Shown here: in pieces, positions 12,304 through 42,917 of the stretch
How positions within the stretch are numbered: the stretch's first letter is position 1
Layout of the letters: the number at the start of each line of letters is the position of its first letter
NCBI GenBank assembly: GCA_951804945.1
Contig: OX638156.1
Span: forward strand, 49,724,001 to 49,788,000
Length of the DNA stretch: 64,000 bases
Source: Podarcis cretensis
Lineage: Eukaryota
Direction of reading: 5' to 3'
Made by a program: the position numbers and the translations under genes
Notes under the pieces: model-generated
Told to the model about the DNA's origin: nothing
Database searches by the model: none
Seen by the model: only the letters and a program-made list of their open reading frames with translations

Positions 12304-12568
12304 CTATAAGGGATTGAACCTGGGACATTCTACATGCAAAGCAGATGAAAGAAGTTGGGTTGATGTTGGTGGTAGCTGAATTCCCAGGAAGTGTGTTCCT
12401 GAACTTGATAGCCACTACCAAGCAGGTCTTCCTCACATGACCTTCCATCACCTTGAATGAATTTTAGTTAGTTATGACCATTAGCTTCAGTGGGTCTGCT
12501 CAGAGTGGAACTAGCATCAAATACCAACCATTATTTTTGTGCCTTCCTTACTTGCCCTGCAACCTTAT

Positions 12569-12618
12569 AATACCAATACCAATACCAATACCAATACAAA
12601 TAAATAAATAAATAAATA
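12569..12618. repeat. Compound microsatellite (AATACC)n-(AAAT)n
   Basis: Seen directly. Confidence 0.9.
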
Positions 12619-15600
12619 CATTAAAAAGATGGGAAAATATGATAGAAGCTGATGGACTCAAAGGAAGCTGATGTTGTTACAATAACATTGTGCCAATTGC
12701 CTATCTCAAAATCAAAACTTGTGGAATTTCAGAAAGTTCTGCAGATTCTAGGAAGTGTTGTTATGTGCAACCCAATCTCCAAGCGGTAAAGTTTCAGGGG
12801 TCCCAACACATACCATGGGTTTGGTTTCTTTGGAATGAAGGCTGCTGTGTGAAAGCTTGTGGTGTCTTTGGGATACACAATTTATTTATTTGTATGTATG
12901 TATGTGCAGGCAGAGCATAAGGCAGAAGGACTCTAAGCATAAACACTCCCAACAGCTCTTATTCCCCCATTAGGTTTATAGTGTCTGTAGAGATAAATTA
13001 AGTCTCTCTCTCTCCACCCCAGTTCCATGGTAAGATTGGCAGGCTTACTGCCCCTTTCATGGACATGCACCTTACTGACCTCACCTCACAGTAGGGCAGG
13101 TCATGGAAATCTAAGAAGATGCCCTTTAAACAGGCTGACTGCTTGCTACTGAAAGAGTCAGCCAAATTCACATGAAAGGACACTAAAGTGAAAGGAACCA
13201 TGACTAGTTAGGAGAACATTCTGCTATAAACATGTTTGCTGATGTTTTAATGATTTTGCTCAGCCTACAGGAAATAATGTTAAAGCAAAACATCCCATTC
13301 ACGGTGGCTGAAAATGCTGCTTGTTACAACCAGCGAGAACTAATGTATCTTAAGAACCCACAGAATGAACAAAAGTATATCCAGAGGTTGTGTAATCAAA
13401 CACTGAAGTCAAGCAGTTTCAGATAAAATACTAGACACCCCCATTCCCATGCACAATGCACTAATGACATTTTGTGACAATCTTGGCAGAGATGCGAAGG
13501 GGCTTATTTGAATGCAAGAGAATATTTTATTTCATAAAGAGTTATGGAAGATGTAATGATAGGAAATGGGAATGCGTCTGTTAAGTGGCAGCCTGGAGGA
13601 ATGAACATGGGGAGCACCAGCTGAGAATGGAGACCAAGGGCAGCCAACACTTCCCAGAGAGTTCAGTCTGAGCAGGAGTTGCACAAATCATGTTTGTTTT
13701 ATGCTTCAGTATCATTCAAGTTTGGAACAGCAAATCTTGCAGGGAGCTTCCCACAATGACATTGCTACAAATACGTCCTAACATCCTTTCCACGTGGCAC
13801 TGCTGCCCAGTCTCCTCCCACTTCCTAAAATCAGATGCAAGGATGCCATCTATGTGGCACACAAGTTCCTTCTGGCTTTGTCTTTTCAGATCCAGATAAC
13901 CGCAAAATACCCTGGGCTTTGGTTATACCGGTTTCCACCTTCCCTCTTACAGTTTCATGGAAAATCCCAGCAGCAATCCCTAGCAAGGCCCAGAGGGAGG
14001 GACAACACAGCTTTGTTTGTCCAGAGCATGTGACTCATAACTTTGGCTCCAGGCTGCCCTGAGGGTCCAACTACAGTAACTGTTTCTTGTTCAAAGCCAT
14101 AGGCCACCACAATTCAATACAAAAATGGTAATATAGAATACATGTGAAAATGCAGGTTTCTTAACATACAGTATTGCATAAAAACACCTCGCGCTTAATT
14201 TAAGTACAACTTCTCTCAGAAGCAAAGGGGACATGTACCCTCCATATAAACTAGTGCCTATACACTACAAACATAACAGAGCAAAAGTACATCCCATTCA
14301 CACACAGCCCCCGCCTTTCTTTCTGGCTCTTAATTTTCTAGCAGTCAGAGTACATTTTGCAACCAAGATGGTAATCAATACACCAATGCCAGCTAGCAAT
14401 GTACACATCTGTAGGGGTGATGGTGTTCCAACAGGATACCGGTAATTATTTTATCACAGAATCTGTGCTCTTAAATGAAGGAGTTTTTTTGTTTTCTACA
14501 CGTTGCCAGGCTGGGTGCCCCAATCCAAAACATGACCATGGTGTCAGGGTAGAGCAGCTTTATCTGTCTGCTCCCTGCTATGGTTCCAATTTGGATTTGG
14601 GCCTTGGAAGTTCCCCTACCCAAACACAGGCATGCAGACTGCTGGCTTGAGCATGTGTGTATGCAAATACACCATCTTAATCAAGTCTATACAGGGGACA
14701 AAACGGTTAAAGCCCCATATTCCCCACCCACCCACAAGTCCAGGTGGGGCTGGCTGAGGGCAGAGTGAGGTTGGTAGGGTTGCACTCCATTCACCCTAAT
14801 GGAGCAGCCTCCACCATTCCACTTGGACCTTCTCATTGTGCAAAGCAGAAGTTCTGCCTCTAGAAATGCTGCTTAAAGTACTTCGGTCCCACAAGTCTCC
14901 AAGAGATACCTAGATGGACAAAATGCCCCTGAGCAGAAATGCAAGGAGCATTTCTTAAGATGCTGAATCAGTGACCACAAATTGCTATGGAGGAGGCCTC
15001 CTTAAAATGCCAGTACCCAAATGCAAAAGAACCCCTCTTCCTCCTTCATCAAAATAATTCAATGAAGGATTCAGAGCTAAGGGAAAAGTGTATCAGAACC
15101 AAATCTCGCCAGCTTCACCTGAAGTGATACCATCTGACTAGAAAAATGCAGTGGGGGGGGGGGAAGCAGAAGCACTGACTGGCCACTAGGTTAGCATTTC
15201 CCCAAAGCCCTCAGAACCCAGATACCAATGGCCAACTCACACACACCTGAGCCCATGCTTGCCTCACCCTCACCATGAAGGCATCATGGAACTTCAGGCC
15301 ACGGAGAGGAGGCAGGCCTTTGGCATGACAACCACTTGAAATATAAAGAAGACAGTAAGTGAAAGGTTCCTCCCATCAAGCCATAGTGGCACAATGCTCT
15401 CTGCTCTTGCCTACCCTTGAGATACAAGGTGCCTTCAGCCAAGATAATGGTACCTGGGGATGAGAATCTCTCGGGAGAGCCTCTGGTTGAAATTCCAGCT
15501 GGAAAGCAGAGGAGGAAGGTGGTGAAGGTGGCAGCCAGGTGGAGGAGAGAACACAGAAAAGGTCTCCTCCTTGGAAGGGCTTCCGTTGCTTTCTAGGGTT

Positions 15601-16629
15601 TGTCCCAGCTGCATTTGGTGAGAACCCCTGGGATACAAAGACTGTTAACTTTTTTCTGAAATCAGCTTCTGAAATCATGGGACACAGTTATATTGCCCAG
15701 ATTAGTGGGTTATGTTTGTGTAAGAGAAGACAGAGAGAAAGTAAATCCCTTCCCCTTGTTACTTTTGGGTAGAGCAAATGAGTAATTGTTCCACGCTCAA
15801 AATAATGAAGGTACCAAAAGTAATTGCATTTTTTGCAGACAGACAGCTTAAACAGGATCATAAAATGAAGTCATGGAGGAGAAGAAGTCTAGCAACTGCA
15901 AATACCCATGAGCACTGAATTAAGCCTCCATGTCCAGAGGCCAAATCTGAGCTGCTGTGGGTGGGCAACATCCTGATCCTGCTTGTGGGACTCTCAGTGG
16001 TGTCTGACTGGTCATTGTTGGAAACAAGATGCTGGGCTAGAGGGGCTCACCTTGGCCTGATCCATCTTCTGGGCTTCTCTGGTGTCAAGATGGATTCCAG
16101 TTCCTATCAGCCTTCTCTGGCCAGCATGCCTGATGGTGACAGGGATTTTGTGGTGGGCTGTAGATTCCTCATCCCTGCCTCCTGCATTTAGCTGAACAGG
16201 TGAATGAATGAATGAATGAATACCGTCAGAACAGAGGATCATCTAGTCTCTGCTTTAGCTGGCAGCAGCCACGCCCTTCCCATGGGCTTAGACTCTTTTT
16301 ATTGTCCTGCTCAACTGGATGTGCAGAGGGTGAGCCATGGATGGACAAGCACTGAGTGGCAGTGGTTCTATTCCTTCCTGTCCTGTGGTTTCTGTGCAGT
16401 CCCACAAGAATGAGGAAGTTCTGCACCCCCTGATGCTCAGAATCAACACAAAGCCAGTGAGGGAGACCATCCAAGGCTGCAAAGGGCAGTGCCACCACCA
16501 GGGTGCTGAGAAGGATCTCCGATTCTCTCCTTTCCCTCTAATCCTGGATTGTTACCAGAGGCAGGTATGGCCAAGAGTGCCAAGAGACTGCTGCTTAGTG
16601 GGGCAGTGCTTGGTTGGGGAAATGGGCAA

Positions 16630-17600
16630 GCAGCCGAGTCGGGCGGGGGAGGGAGGGGCGCACCTATGGCGGAGAAGCCCTGGCGCCCTTGGACATCTTT
16701 TCCCGCTACATCCTTAAAAAAGCCATCTTGTGTTGGGACCAGGAAGGGACCGAACATCGGGCCTGGACGGGCAGCAACAGCGGTTTGTCCAGGGACTGCC
16801 TTGGGCCTTTCCAGACCCGCCCTGACTTCCTCGACGGCTGCTGGAGAAGCGCTCCTCGGCAAGCGCCGGCAGCGACGAGCCCCCTCTGTCGGGCGGCGGC
16901 TCCTAGGCGACATGGACACCTGCCTCCCACCTACACCAGCCCCGGCCAATCTCCGCCCAGGAGGCGGCGCCGCCGCGCTCACCTGCGACGCCCCACCCAG
17001 ACCTCCCTGCGCGCCACCAGGCTACGAGCCATGGCGGACGCCGGGAAGAGACCCGGGAAGCCGCGGGACTGGCGTCACGACCGGCCGGCGGTGGTGGCGG
17101 TAGGAGAGCAGCCGTGGCCGTGGCGACAGCAGCAGCAGCACCAGCAGCAGCAGCACCGCCCCCCTCCCTCCCGAGGCACCACACTGGCCTCTTTGGACGC
17201 CCCTGCCGAGGCCCGAGGCGGAGGCGGCCTTCTGGACAAACCGCTATGTCGCGCCCTGTGCACGGCCAGAGGTGAGGGCCCGGGCCGGGTTAGATGTCCC
17301 TACTGGCCCGCAAAGGGGTGGGTCAGGGCGGTACGATGTCGACGACACGCCCCCTTCCCCTCGTGGATGAGGAGCCCGGGCTGCGATGAGGGGGGGGGGG
17401 GGTTGCGTTTGTACCTTCTCCTCCTCCCCTGCTGCTGGTGAGCTCGATGTGGGCGAGGCCACTGACAGCTTCCCTGATGGGGCGGGCAAAAAGGCTGTTG
17501 CCTCGCGGGGACGGGGTGCTTGCCAGCCAGACGCTGCCACCCCCCCCCCTTCGCAGGCTGCCCAAAAGTAGCGAGGGGCAGGCCTGTGGCCCCACAGCTT
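16630..17600. promoter_or_regulatory. CpG island, MARVELD3 promoter and exon 1
   Basis: High GC and CpG density; CCAAT and GC box at about 16945-16958 upstream of the ATG. Confidence 0.8.
17031..17271 (+). CDS. MARVELD3: MARVELD3 coding exon 1
   Basis: 241 nt, donor G|GTGAG; includes a (CAG)n Gln/His run. Confidence 0.8.
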
Positions 17601-19073
17601 GCTGGCAAGGGGGGCAATGAGTGAGTGCTGCTCAGCCGTCAAGGCAGATGGGCAGGTTCCCCCCCCCCCGCCTTGCCTGGCAGGGCCCACTCCAGCTGCT
17701 TGGCTTGCACTGCTGCCCGCTCACGTCCTTAATACGCCTAAGGCCTTTCCCCACCTGGACTGAACCACTTTGCTCTTTCACAATCCTCAGGCCTCTGTGG
17801 TCAACACAAGCTCCCTCCAGGGAGTAAGGTGGCACCCACGAGGCTGCCAGGTCACCCCAGTTTCCTCCCAGCCTAAAACAGGGGTGAATAAACTTTTTCA
17901 GCCCAAGGGCCATATTCCATTCTAGTCAACTTTACAGGGGCCATATGGCCAGTGTGGGTGGGGCAACAAATGTTAATTTATTCACACATCCCTCTCTCCC
18001 TGTGTCTCCACCAGGGGAGCAAGATAAATTATCAGAATTCAAGGGGGGAGGTGAGGCTTGCATGGGGCATGGCCTGGGGAAGTCCCAAAAGCCATGTAGA
18101 GAAACCCAGGAAACCATATTTGATGCCTGGGGTTCCCTATCCCTGGCCTAAAAGTAAGGGTGAAACATGAGGGGAGCTCCGAGGTCACTAACCTCACGTA
18201 TGAAAAGTCTTTCAATGTGGCATTGGGGCAGAAGATGCCCTGGCAGAAACATGGAAGGAAGGATAGTCGCTGCCTGCTCAGATACGCTCCCTTAACCCCA
18301 GCAAGATTTGGGATCCAATCCACCCACAAAGCTGACCTCTATGAGTGGGCCTGGAGGGGCCAAGTTCCTTCCCCGTTTCTCCATCTTCCACACAGGCTGA
18401 GCCCCACAGCGTTAGAGAAATGGCACTAACAACACCCCTCTGCCCTTGCTTCTTCTTAGCCTGCTGCCAACAGCTCCAGCTCCTCCTCTGCATGCTGATT
18501 GTTATCTGCAGCTCAGTCTCCTACAATTCGACAGGTGGCTACACTGGTCTTTTCAGTCTGGGGAGCATTTACTACTACCAATACGGCGGGGCCTACAGTG
18601 GCCTCAGTGGAGCTGACGGGGAGAAGGCACAGCAGTTGGATGCTCAGTTCCACCAACTCAAGGTGCCACCGGCCCAGGTGGCCATGGCGGTTGGAGGGGC
18701 GCTGATGGCCTTTGCCTGCTTCCAGATTGTGGCTAGTCTCTTCCGAGTGCCCTGGCATTGCCCAGCCTGGCTGATAGCGGAGGCCATTCTGGATGTGGCC
18801 ATTGCAATTGGTCTTGTGCCAGCTTTGTACTTCTACTACCATCGCCTTCACGAGATCTATGCCTCCTCTCTGTGCAAAGAGCGAGAGAACCTCTACCAGA
18901 GCAAAGGCTACAGGGGCTTTGGCTGCAGTTTGCATGGAGCAGAGATCGCTGTGGGCTTCTTTGCTGGGGCGGCCATTGTGGCCTTCGCTGTTGCTGTTGT
19001 GTTGGCTGTCCGTGGCTTCAAGATTGTCCGGACCCTCCAAGCAAAACCATCATCACACAGCTATGAGCCCTAA
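17031..19073 (+). CDS. MARVELD3: MARVEL domain-containing protein 3 (tight junction), 284 aa, exons 17031-17271 and 18460-19073
   Basis: GCCATGG start; exon 1 ends [15 protein letters not shown] (like human GLLECHKCKYLCTGR); phase-1 GT-AG junction; exon 2 has [40 protein letters not shown]; AATAAA at 19697. Confidence 0.95.
17879..18145. mobile_element. hAT-type MITE in the MARVELD3 intron
   Basis: CAGGG...CCCTG ends with a perfect 8-bp TSD GCCTAAAA (17871-17878 and 18146-18153). Confidence 0.8.
18460..19073 (+). CDS. MARVELD3: MARVELD3 terminal exon (MARVEL domain, four hydrophobic segments)
   Basis: Acceptor TTCTTCTTAG; stop TAA. Confidence 0.96.
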
Positions 19074-20877
19074 CTTGGCCTCTGCTGCCTGAGTTGAAGG
19101 GAGAGCAGGATGGAGCAGCTTATTAAGCCAAGCTAAGCAGTGCCTTTGAACCATGTACAGTGGTGGCAGTGATCACTTTCTGTCTAAACCCTACCTTCAC
19201 AGTTTTGTAAACATTCTCCAAGCTCCTATTTCTTTCCCATCATACATACCGATGCAAAGTCTAGCAAGACTACTCCCTGCTCCTCTTTAATATAGAACGT
19301 CACCTGTAATGGCAAGAAGACCAACTTGGTCCCATCACCAACCAGCACTTGCTTTCTTCCCTCTGCATTCCTTTTTCCTTTCTGATCATGCCCTTAGAGT
19401 GAGACCGTTGACCAGAGACTTTCAATATATGCCTTGGGGCAAAGTGCCATCTTGTTGGTACCCCCAGAAAAAACTCCAGTCCTCTTATAGAAAGCAAAAT
19501 CTGTGTCTTTTTCCACCCACCCCTTCTTACAATGCCAGAGAAAACGTTTTTCATTCCTTCTTCCATTCACCTCATTGAGCTGCTTCCTTCATGAGGAAGT
19601 TACACATTTGCCTTGATGGCAAATGCATCTATTAGATGTTCTGTGCAGTCTTGTTTCAAATTGTTTTCATTATGGAATATAGTACTTTTGTACAATAATA
19701 AATCCACTACCTTGGTAATTCACTTTAAATGCATATGTCAAAAGACACTAGAGATCTTGGAGTTCCTTGCTTTGGGTTTGCTGCATTTGACCGCCTCAAT
19801 GTAGAGAAGCATCTCCCCCCCCCCCTCTCTCACACACACACACACACAAAACACCTGCCAGTAATGTGCAGTGATGAGGCAGAAGAGGAAACTCATCCTC
19901 CAAGCAAAAGCCAGCTCACTTCCAAGGGGTGCATTTAACTGCATTTCCAGCAATACACACAGAAGAACTGCAACATCTTGGAACACCTACATTCCCTGAG
20001 GTCCTATTTAACTGAGCATTTAGTACTCTCTTCCTTGAAATTCTAGAGCTTTTTTGGCACATTACACCAACATTCTCTCAACAGCTCATAGAAGGCTGTC
20101 TCCCAAAGCCTGGCAGTTACTGTGGTCCCCAAAGGACAATTTTGCATATCCAAAAACATTTGTCCAATAAAACTTTTTCTGTAGCTTAGTCCTACGCCCA
20201 CCCCTCAGAAAGGAAGGCGAGATTTGAGAAACCTTTGAAGGAAGAGCTGGGAAACAGGGGCCCTCCACATGTAGTTCGCCCATCAGCCCCAGGCAACATG
20301 CTAAATGGTCAAGGATGATGATTCTAGTACAGCAACATCTGGAAGGCCATTGCTTTAATGTGACATTTTTTTGAGCAACACCCAACCCAGTAGGACTGCT
20401 ACCCTCTGCTATGCCTACTTTAAGGGCCAGAAAGCACAATTATTGTAGGAATTGTGTTATTCAACCTATTTATACCCTGCCTCCTGCAGGCATAGAGGTA
20501 TCCTATACTCAACGTGCAACTCCTCAAGTTAGACTGGGGTTTAGGTACCAGCCTGTGTTAACAAAAGCGCAACATAGTTAAGTTATTCCACACAGGCTCT
20601 CCCTTCACAATAAGTCTGGACCTTCCACCGTGGGAAATGGAGGGAGAGGAAGATGGGCCACTGTGTAAAAAGATCCTTCAGTTGAGGGGTGGGGATGCTC
20701 AACTCCCAGCTCCCATCATCAACACCTAGATGGCCACAGGTTCAATTGCCTCAGACAGCATAGCCCATGATAAAAGCAGCTGTAGAGTTCACAGGTGGGT
20801 CATATCTCATTTCCAGCACAGTCATCAGAGCTCCTGGCTGCCTCTTACAAGGGAAGGAGATGGTGGAGTGATTAAAG

Positions 20878-21376
20878 CAGTGGTTTTCAACCAGTGTGCT
20901 GTGGCACCCTGGGGTGCCTTGAATGATGGCAAGGGGTGCCGTGGGCAACACTGGCCTTTGTGCCTCTTTCCTTCCCTCCCTCCTCTGATGCCCTCTTGCG
21001 TCTCTGCCTCCCAAAGCCTTGCACAGCTGTTTGTTGCAGCAGCTCCCCAGATGAATGCTGCCTCTGGGGCTAGCTAGGGGGTGCTTCCCAGGCCCTTGTG
21101 GGGCAGGGTGAGGCAGCACTTCTTTTTGGGGCGGAGGGGGACAGCTCAGAGACCAGGGGTGGTAGCTGCAGCTGCCCAGAGGACTCCCAAGGAGAGGGGG
21201 GAGGAGAGGAAGCTGAGGGAGCGCTCCATAAGGGAGGGTGTTCAAAAAAAGGGTGAGAGGCTGCCAGCTCTGCAGGCAAGGGGTGACATAATTGGGCTTC
21301 TGAGCCCCACAAGGGTGCCACAGAAAGAACGTAGTTGGTCAAAGGAGCCGTAGACCCACAAAGGTTGAAAACCTAT
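20878..21376. mobile_element. hAT/Charlie-like non-autonomous DNA transposon
   Basis: Ends CAGTGGTTTTCAACC / GGTTGAAACCTATG; flanks GATTAAAG / GGTTAAAG (7 of 8). Confidence 0.7.
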
Positions 21377-21829
21377 GGGTTAAAGGGTTGGACTAGAATC
21401 TGGGCTGAAATCTCCACTACAACCATGACTTAACTTTGGACAGTCACTCCAAAGTCTTATCCTTTCCTTCAGAGTTGCTCTGAGGACATTGGGGGGGAGG
21501 GGTGACACCCTTCAGTACTACTTTGAGCTCCTTGCAGGGAAAGGTGACCTTACTTCAACTCTGTGTCCCCTGAAGGGATACTTGTTTGTTCAAGACGAAA
21601 GGACTTGCCAACCCCCAACTCCCAGCTGTCTGACCTGCCATCATTAGTTGTGTGGGGGGGTAAGGGGTAAGGGAGGGGACAGAAGCCATCATCTTACAGG
21701 CTCAGATTGCAACAGGAAAAGAGTCCTCGGTGCTGCCATCTGCGTCTTGCCATACTACCAACTCTGCTCATCCTATGAGGAAGAGGAAGCTCAAACCAAA
21801 TACATTTCTTAGTCTTCGGGGATCCCCAA

Positions 21830-22262
21830 GGCTCTTTTTGCTGTGGTGGTGAAGAGCAGACTTCTTCGGAATCTTGTTTGGACTCCACAAGCTCCACCTC
21901 CAGCAATCCAGCTGGTGAGCTTTGCATAATAATTGTCGGCTGGAGAATCACAAGAATCCCATTCCCCACTGCCCTGATTTCATCCTGTCCTCTGTGAGAG
22001 CACAAAGCCCCATTCCCCACTGCCTCAATTTCATCCTGTCCTTCATTGAGCAGCACGGCCAGCTGGACACACATCAAGTCTCACTGGGGGGTAGATGAGA
22101 GAGGCAGCTGACCACAGCCCCAGTCAACAGGACCTCAGCAGCGAATCATTTGCTAGGATAGTGTATGTCTAGAGGACTTCCTGTGGCTCTTGAAGTGCTT
22201 CTGCCTGGCTCCCCCTCTCCCATCACGCAACCCAACAGCGGGTGCAGACACACCACCTGTTT
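21830..22262 (-). pseudogene. Possible highly decayed remnant of the PHLPP2 terminal exon
   Basis: Syntenic position and strand; acceptor-like CTTACAG; short colinear peptide matches to recalled PHLPP2 (CTR/LGC; QDEIEAVGNGALCSH; KDRMKL; LLEV...PPQQKEP). Weak. Confidence 0.3.
21958..22042. repeat. Imperfect direct repeat, 34-bp unit at 51-bp spacing
   Basis: 21958-21991 versus 22009-22042, 31 of 34 identical. Confidence 0.9.
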
Positions 22263-23507
22263 CTGTAAGGCAAACAGGCTGGCAATGAGCTTTAGGAACT
22301 TTAGCCAATCATAGATGGGAACTCTAAAGTGTTTCCCCCTTCTTTGCTGCTCCTGGAATCCTACACATGCCCCCCTAACCCACTGACCTCTGCCCTGAAA
22401 ACATCTCTCTTAGGGAGTTGTCATACTTTGGAATCTTGGCCTTCAAAAACAGGAATGTCCTCTGCTCAACATCTATGCAAGGAGCTGCAAAACCAGCTAC
22501 TAAAAGCAGGAAAGGTCTCATTAAACCGCATGGTCTTTATTTTCAGTGCCAATATTACAGATACAACACAAACGTCCCAGGAGGAGAACGAATTCAAATG
22601 GAATCCAGGACTCTGACAGACTCAGGAAATGAAAAGGGCTGAGGGGGGAAAGCAGCTTTGCAGTGGAGTCTTGAGATGAGTCTTTCTGCAGGCAAATGGT
22701 GCCCCCCCTTTCCATCTTTAAGCAACACACATTTCCTTTCTACCCACCTACCACAGCTGACAGCCAAGGATCAGACAAGAGGAGTTCCAAGATTTGGGGT
22801 GGGGGCACGCTGAAGAGCGACTTGCTGGAGGGAGCAGCCAGTCTCGTCCATCATGATGCTTTCTGAGAGGGAGGCACTGGCCAAAGAGAGCTTGACGTTG
22901 CTGCCTCCACCACTGAATCCTCCAAAGCAGAGCTTCTGTCCAGAACAGCAGGTCCACCTATCCATCCCCTTCTCAGACTCAAGCCACTGCCCTCGGGGTG
23001 TGCAGTCAAGCGTAGAAAAGGCCCCCCACGTCAGGGAACTCCAAGGAGAAAGGGTCACCAGCATCCTTGGAATACATTTCCAACATGAAATCTGGATGAA
23101 AAGTGCCTGAAGGTGGTAACCCGGCTAGCAAGGAGCCAAAACAAAACTCGCTTCACTCACTCACTCGCCCACGCCCACCGGAGGAGAGAAGATGGCAGGC
23201 GGGGAGAAACAGTCGCACGTGCCACAGTGTACCTCCCCTCCCCCCTCTTCCAAAACAAGGGGAACGTGGCTTCTGTGGCAAGTGTGGCTCAGCAGCCAGG
23301 AGAGGAGAGAAGAGAGAGCGAGCCAGCAAGTGTCTTAAGAGATATGCTTCATCAAGGTGAGCAAGGCCAGTCCTCCTGCTCTGCAGCAGCCGCTGCTCTC
23401 GTCAGCTCCCCTGGCCATGGTGCAAGTGGGGGGATTTCTGGAGTCACAGCGCTCTGCCCAGCGTTCCTTCGGCCAACCAGGTGGGGTGAGGAGGGTGGGG
23501 CCAGAGC

Positions 23508-41993
<18,486 letters not shown>

Positions 41994-42917
41994 TTAAGTC
42001 TTTCAAACAGTACCCCATGAGAAACTGTAGATGCTGGTAGGGTCTCCTAGCTGGCATTGGTTATACTGACAGAACTCTCTATGGTTCAATCCACGGTGTT
42101 TATCCCAATTCAGCCATCTCTGCCACAGCTGGGACTCCAGAATACTTCAGCCTCAAAAAGTCTGTCTTCCCTGCCAAGTGGCTTAAGATATCTGTAGTAA
42201 GGAAAGAGATATGGCTCTGTTGCCAAGGTATGTAATGATGTATTTACTGCAGCTGTCTCCACTACTGCATGGCGGAATGGGTGGCAGACCAAGGCTGGTG
42301 ATGAACTGACTGCATGTGCTCTTTACAACACACACAGCTCACCTCTCATGGCAAACACAAGAAACTGTTTCTTTCTCCCTGTGGCTGGTCCCTAATCACC
42401 AGGAATTTCTGCCTAAATTTGCATACCAGCACAGATAGGAGCCTCCTCCCTCCTTCTGCCATCCCCAAATAAGGCAAAAGTCCTAGATTAATCAGCAACC
42501 CTGCACAACCTTCCTGAGCCTTGGATTAAGCCCTGCTTGTGAAAACAAACCTGAGATTGAAGCAAACCAAATTATGCAGCCATAGAAGCATCTGAATCTG
42601 CCCGCACCAAGGTGAAGGCTTATTTACAGGATCTAGCAAACCACAGGAACACCTCTGGCTTAAACCCAAATACTCTACTTCACTCTGGATTTGCTTTTCA
42701 ACTAAAGGAAACTCCCATTATATTTCAAAGCAGCCTTTGGCCCCAATGCATGGGTCACTCTCTGCTACCCTGGTCTGTTCATCTGCCAAACAAACTGAAA
42801 TAAATTATCCACAAGTCAGGAGGAAAAAGTATTATTTTCAAGGCCCAGCATACACTACTGCATAATACTAATATGTACATTACTTTTACGAATGAGAATG
42901 GTCATTCTGATATTGTA

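Larger units (their letters stand above)
10973..12347 (-). mobile_element. tRNA-derived SINE split by nested insertions (parts about 10973-11100 and 12312-12347)
   Basis: The two halves join into the same SINE seen at 250-425 and 45483-45668. Confidence 0.75.

Noticed and set aside
13213-13240. AGAACAttcTGCTAT next to a FOXA-like TGTTTGC as a TAT glucocorticoid response unit
   Set aside because: Second half-site is poor; expected by chance without conservation data.
16614-17030. Long upstream extension of MARVELD3 exon 1 and overlapping ORFs at 16443-17690
   Set aside because: TTG start, no in-frame ATG, and low stop frequency expected in a CpG island.
22748-23110. ORFs considered as possible PHLPP2 pieces
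   Set aside because: They lie within the AP1G1 3' UTR and show no match in any frame I translated.
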